A DNA stretch of 61,380 nucleotides, the filler included, from Gonapodya sp. JEL0774 (Eukaryota), in assembly GCA_027604505.1 (NCBI GenBank). It is 15 parts of 15 records of this genome, joined end to end, with 100 filler letters (N's around TTAATTAATTAA, not from the genome) between each part and the next. Parts side by side here need not be neighbours in the genome. Positions count along the whole stretch, not along the records: positions 57,413 to 61,380 come from JADIIX010001083.1; 14 more parts are not named here. One strand, 5' to 3'. This document shows, in pieces, positions 58,450 to 61,380 of this stretch. The stretch's first letter is position 1; each line of letters starts with the position of its first letter. The notes under the pieces are model-generated. The model had not been told where the DNA came from. It made no database searches and saw nothing but the letters and a program-made list of their open reading frames with translations. Made by a program: the position numbers and the translations under genes.

Positions 58450-61380
58450 CTACATCACTTGTGATCGAGGGTATCTGCTACTGGTTACCAGGACAGTTTC
58501 CGGTAGAGCAAACGTGGAATCTGTTCCTGCCCGTCGGGGTCTCGATAGAGACAAGGTGATGCGATCAGGTTCTTGGGTGCCAACTATAAGATTTAGAGAC
58601 TGTCGTTGTGCATGATTTAGAATGGCAATTTACGCTATTTGAGTTCGGAGAAACATCAGACATCCGCATGCTCACCGTGATCCACGCCTCGTGTGTCTCT
58701 TCGTCCACTGCGATCAACTCAAGCTCCCTGCTCGGCGTTGTGATCAGAATAGTCTTGATATCCAAAGGAGCAGGACGTCCATGAAATCGAGTCCGCTGAG
58801 CTTTGGTAAGTGGGGCCGGCAGGGAAGGGTCGGTTATCCGGCGGAGCTTTTCTTTATAAGAGAGGATCTTGGCTGCAAGTTGGGATTAGACCACGTTACT
58901 GTACTGTTCAACTCCGGACGACTCTGCGACTTCTTGCTCACCGTACTTTCCAGTTTCCACTGTTTGCATGTCAGTCGCAGGTTTTACTGACCATGAAATG
59001 GTGGCGGACATTGGCATCAGACTGTTAACAAAGAAGTGCGTCAGACAGAGTTGGATTGCCACACAGTAATAATTCTAATCACGTGAAGTATCGCACATGA
59101 GACTTGCGCCTTGTCCGATCGTATTTGTAAAGATAGGTACCGACCATGCACCTCTTCACTGCCTGGAAACCGAATATGGGTCTCGTTACATGAATCTTCG
59201 TGATTGGGGAACAGCGTTGATTCAAGGAGAGCTTACCTCCACTCCCCGGTTGTCCTCCTCTTCAGCGTCATCTCCTTCCGCAGTCCGTCGTGCAACTTGC
59301 CCCAACTGACTGCTGGTCGTATCCATCGAAGTCGCTCTTGAAGAAGCCAATCCCAAATCACTCATTCCCGCTCGTCTCAGAAAGCCCAGCTTGGTCTTAT
59401 CAACCACCCGACTGGCAACAGAGACTGCTCGAGAGGTGACAATGGAAGCGGCTCGAGAGAACGAGCTGACTCCATGCGGAGGACGGGTGGTTCGATTCGA
59501 AGGTTGAGCAGAAACGGGAGAATCATCTGATGTGATATCCGAATGCTGGGGTACAATTGTGGATGCCGATAGGGAAAGCTGCGATTGAACGTGGCTTGAG
59601 TCACCTCGCGGGCCAGGGATGAAGCTATATGGTTCGCTCGGGTCCGGGATCGGCGATAGAGAGGATCGCAGTTCCGACCCGCATCTCACGTAATCTTCCG
59701 TAACTGGCGAAGAAGGTTTTGGTGCGTCAGACGACTTTCCATTATCCAACCTTGTCGCAACGGGATTGTTGGAGGGAACTGTAGAAACGCTCTGAGCTAG
59801 GATATTCTGACCGTGAATAACAAGTTCCCGATCTCTTTGGCGGTCAACAACAGTTAAGTCCGCTTGCTGGGTTGTTGATCCAAGCCCGTGGCGCGGAGGA
59901 CAAGTCTCAAAAGCTGCCACCGCCGCACTACTGGGTCTTGTCAGCGGTAGAAAAGGCTCCGAAGATTCTCCGAGACTGACGGGTGGTCCAGAATCGGTGG
60001 CAACGACAGTGTCCCGGGTACGATCAGGAGAAGCCGCCTCAGTGATATTTGGCGTCGGATCCACCGATTCCTTAGCCAGTTCCGACCCCATACCTCCACA
60101 TTGTGCAAGCTCAATATCATCTATCGGCCTACTGCAGCTGGATTGGGCAACCTTTCCAGAGTGAGAAAGGACTCTATCTGGCACAGTTGCCACGGGAGTC
60201 TTTTCCTGGGCAGGAGTCTCCGCCTCAAACTCACGCTCAGTGTTAGCTCCGCTCTTCGCACTGCATCTTCGCATATTCCTCCTCACATAGACCGTATCGC
60301 CGTGCAAAACCGACCCTTCAATCTGCGACATTTCTCCAACCTCCACCACCACACTTCCAACGTCTCCGTTATCATGGAGAAGACCCATGGTGACAGTGGC
60401 GTCGGTGCGGCTTGGATGTGTGGGCAGATCTGGTGTGGTAGCAAGACGAGACGTGTTGGGAGATTTGGGTTCTTCGGTAGCGTCATGGGTGATTATATCA
60501 GGTTCCTTGATCTCGAGAAGCAGCCCATCCCGTCGTGGCGAATGGTTTAAATTTATGCCAGTTGCAGAACTCTCTAATCCAGCATGCACTCTTCGTTTCG
60601 GATGATCCTCTGTGACCATACTCGCATGAGCCACCTTCCCACTAACGAGGTCCTCCACGCCGGCCAATCCTGCCATCATCATCGCAAGAGGCGTAGGCAA
60701 CCTCTCTCCCGCCGTTGCATGCCTGTTCCCCATTATCACAGGCTCCACTCTGGCAGTCGAGTCTCGATCACCCTCCCGACTGAGACAGTTGTGTGGAGTA
60801 GGCGTCTTTGGTGTCCTCGGCCTCCATGCCGCCCAACCATTGCCCACACCCTCCTGCACGCTCGGCGACCTGGATCCAGATCCAAATCCAGCGCTGACTG
60901 CACGACGTCCTTTGCTACGCGGCGTTGACGTCCGTCGAGGTCGAGTGGATGATGGTTTACCTTCAATAGATCGAGGGAATTCCCCTACGGCACTACTCGA
61001 AACCATTCCACCGCCTAAACCACCCATCGCTGCCACGAGCGTGTCCCTCTCCGCCACCGCAGCGTCCCGTTCCGCGGCCATTTGCAGTATGGCCGCGTGA
61101 GCTGCGCGAAGAAGGCCGCTCGTGGAAGAATTGGTGGTTCGGGCGGACGTGGAGGGGGCGTCTTTGCTGAACAGGGACGCGTTTTCAGGTACGGGGGTGG
61201 TTTCAACAGCCTGCGGAGAGTGTTTGGTTCGATGGGGAATGTCGGCGTGCTCGGAATCGTCGCGATCCGGTTTGAATGCTGCAAACAAATCCGTCGTAGA
61301 TGTTGACGCAACAACTCCAATGCCTTGCCCGTGATTCGTCCCGACACTTGAACCCGTCAACCGTCGCGGCCGTCTCCGCT
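58450..61380 (-). CDS. Num1/Mcp5/ApsA-like protein with C-terminal Mcp5-type PH domain (5'-truncated)
   Basis: A long disordered exon (61380 to ~59238) splices to AVKRCMVGTYLYKYDRTRRKSHVRYFT|LMPMSATISWS..|..TILITTPSRELELIAVDEETHEAWIT|SLNLIV..*. The PH exons are mostly missed by the ORF track. Confidence 0.8.

Overview
Eukaryotic, intron-rich DNA from a zoosporic (flagellated) fungus. A spliced B9D2 ciliary gene is present, and the ankyrin family style suggests Gonapodya/Monoblepharidomycetes (from memory, unverified). The window is not one locus. It is 15 unlinked contigs of about 4 kb, sorted by decreasing length (4028 to 3968 nt) and joined by artificial 100-nt N44-TTAATTAATTAA-N44 spacers, so no synteny can be inferred across spacers. 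It contains two decayed Ty1/copia LTR retrotransposons (one about 860 nt upstream of a tRNA-Ile gene, with a half-tRNA-iMet PBS), one apparently intact Ngaro/DIRS-type tyrosine-recombinase retrotransposon, and about 25 mostly partial genes: SDR, glyoxalase, METTL22-like, SER1, a DDB1/SF3B3/CPSF160-family protein, RPS18, UTP17, CCT7, sterol glucosyltransferase, Cid1-family nucleotidyltransferase, ABCC, fructosamine kinase, Ssh4-like, B9D2, TEL2, TMEM170, UTP12, PEX1, MIC60, APN1, ankyrin, RRM and Num1/Mcp5-like. Best leads: (1) a textbook 3' splice site hidden inside the Ngaro pol ORF exactly where the recombinase frame opens upstream of its first AUG, with an in-phase donor in gag, suggesting a spliced Gag-recombinase mRNA; (2) a complete intronic H/ACA snoRNA in UTP12 whose pocket targets the 18S site equivalent to human psi1692; (3) structured RPS18 introns; (4) introns with G-rich 5' halves and C-rich 3' halves.
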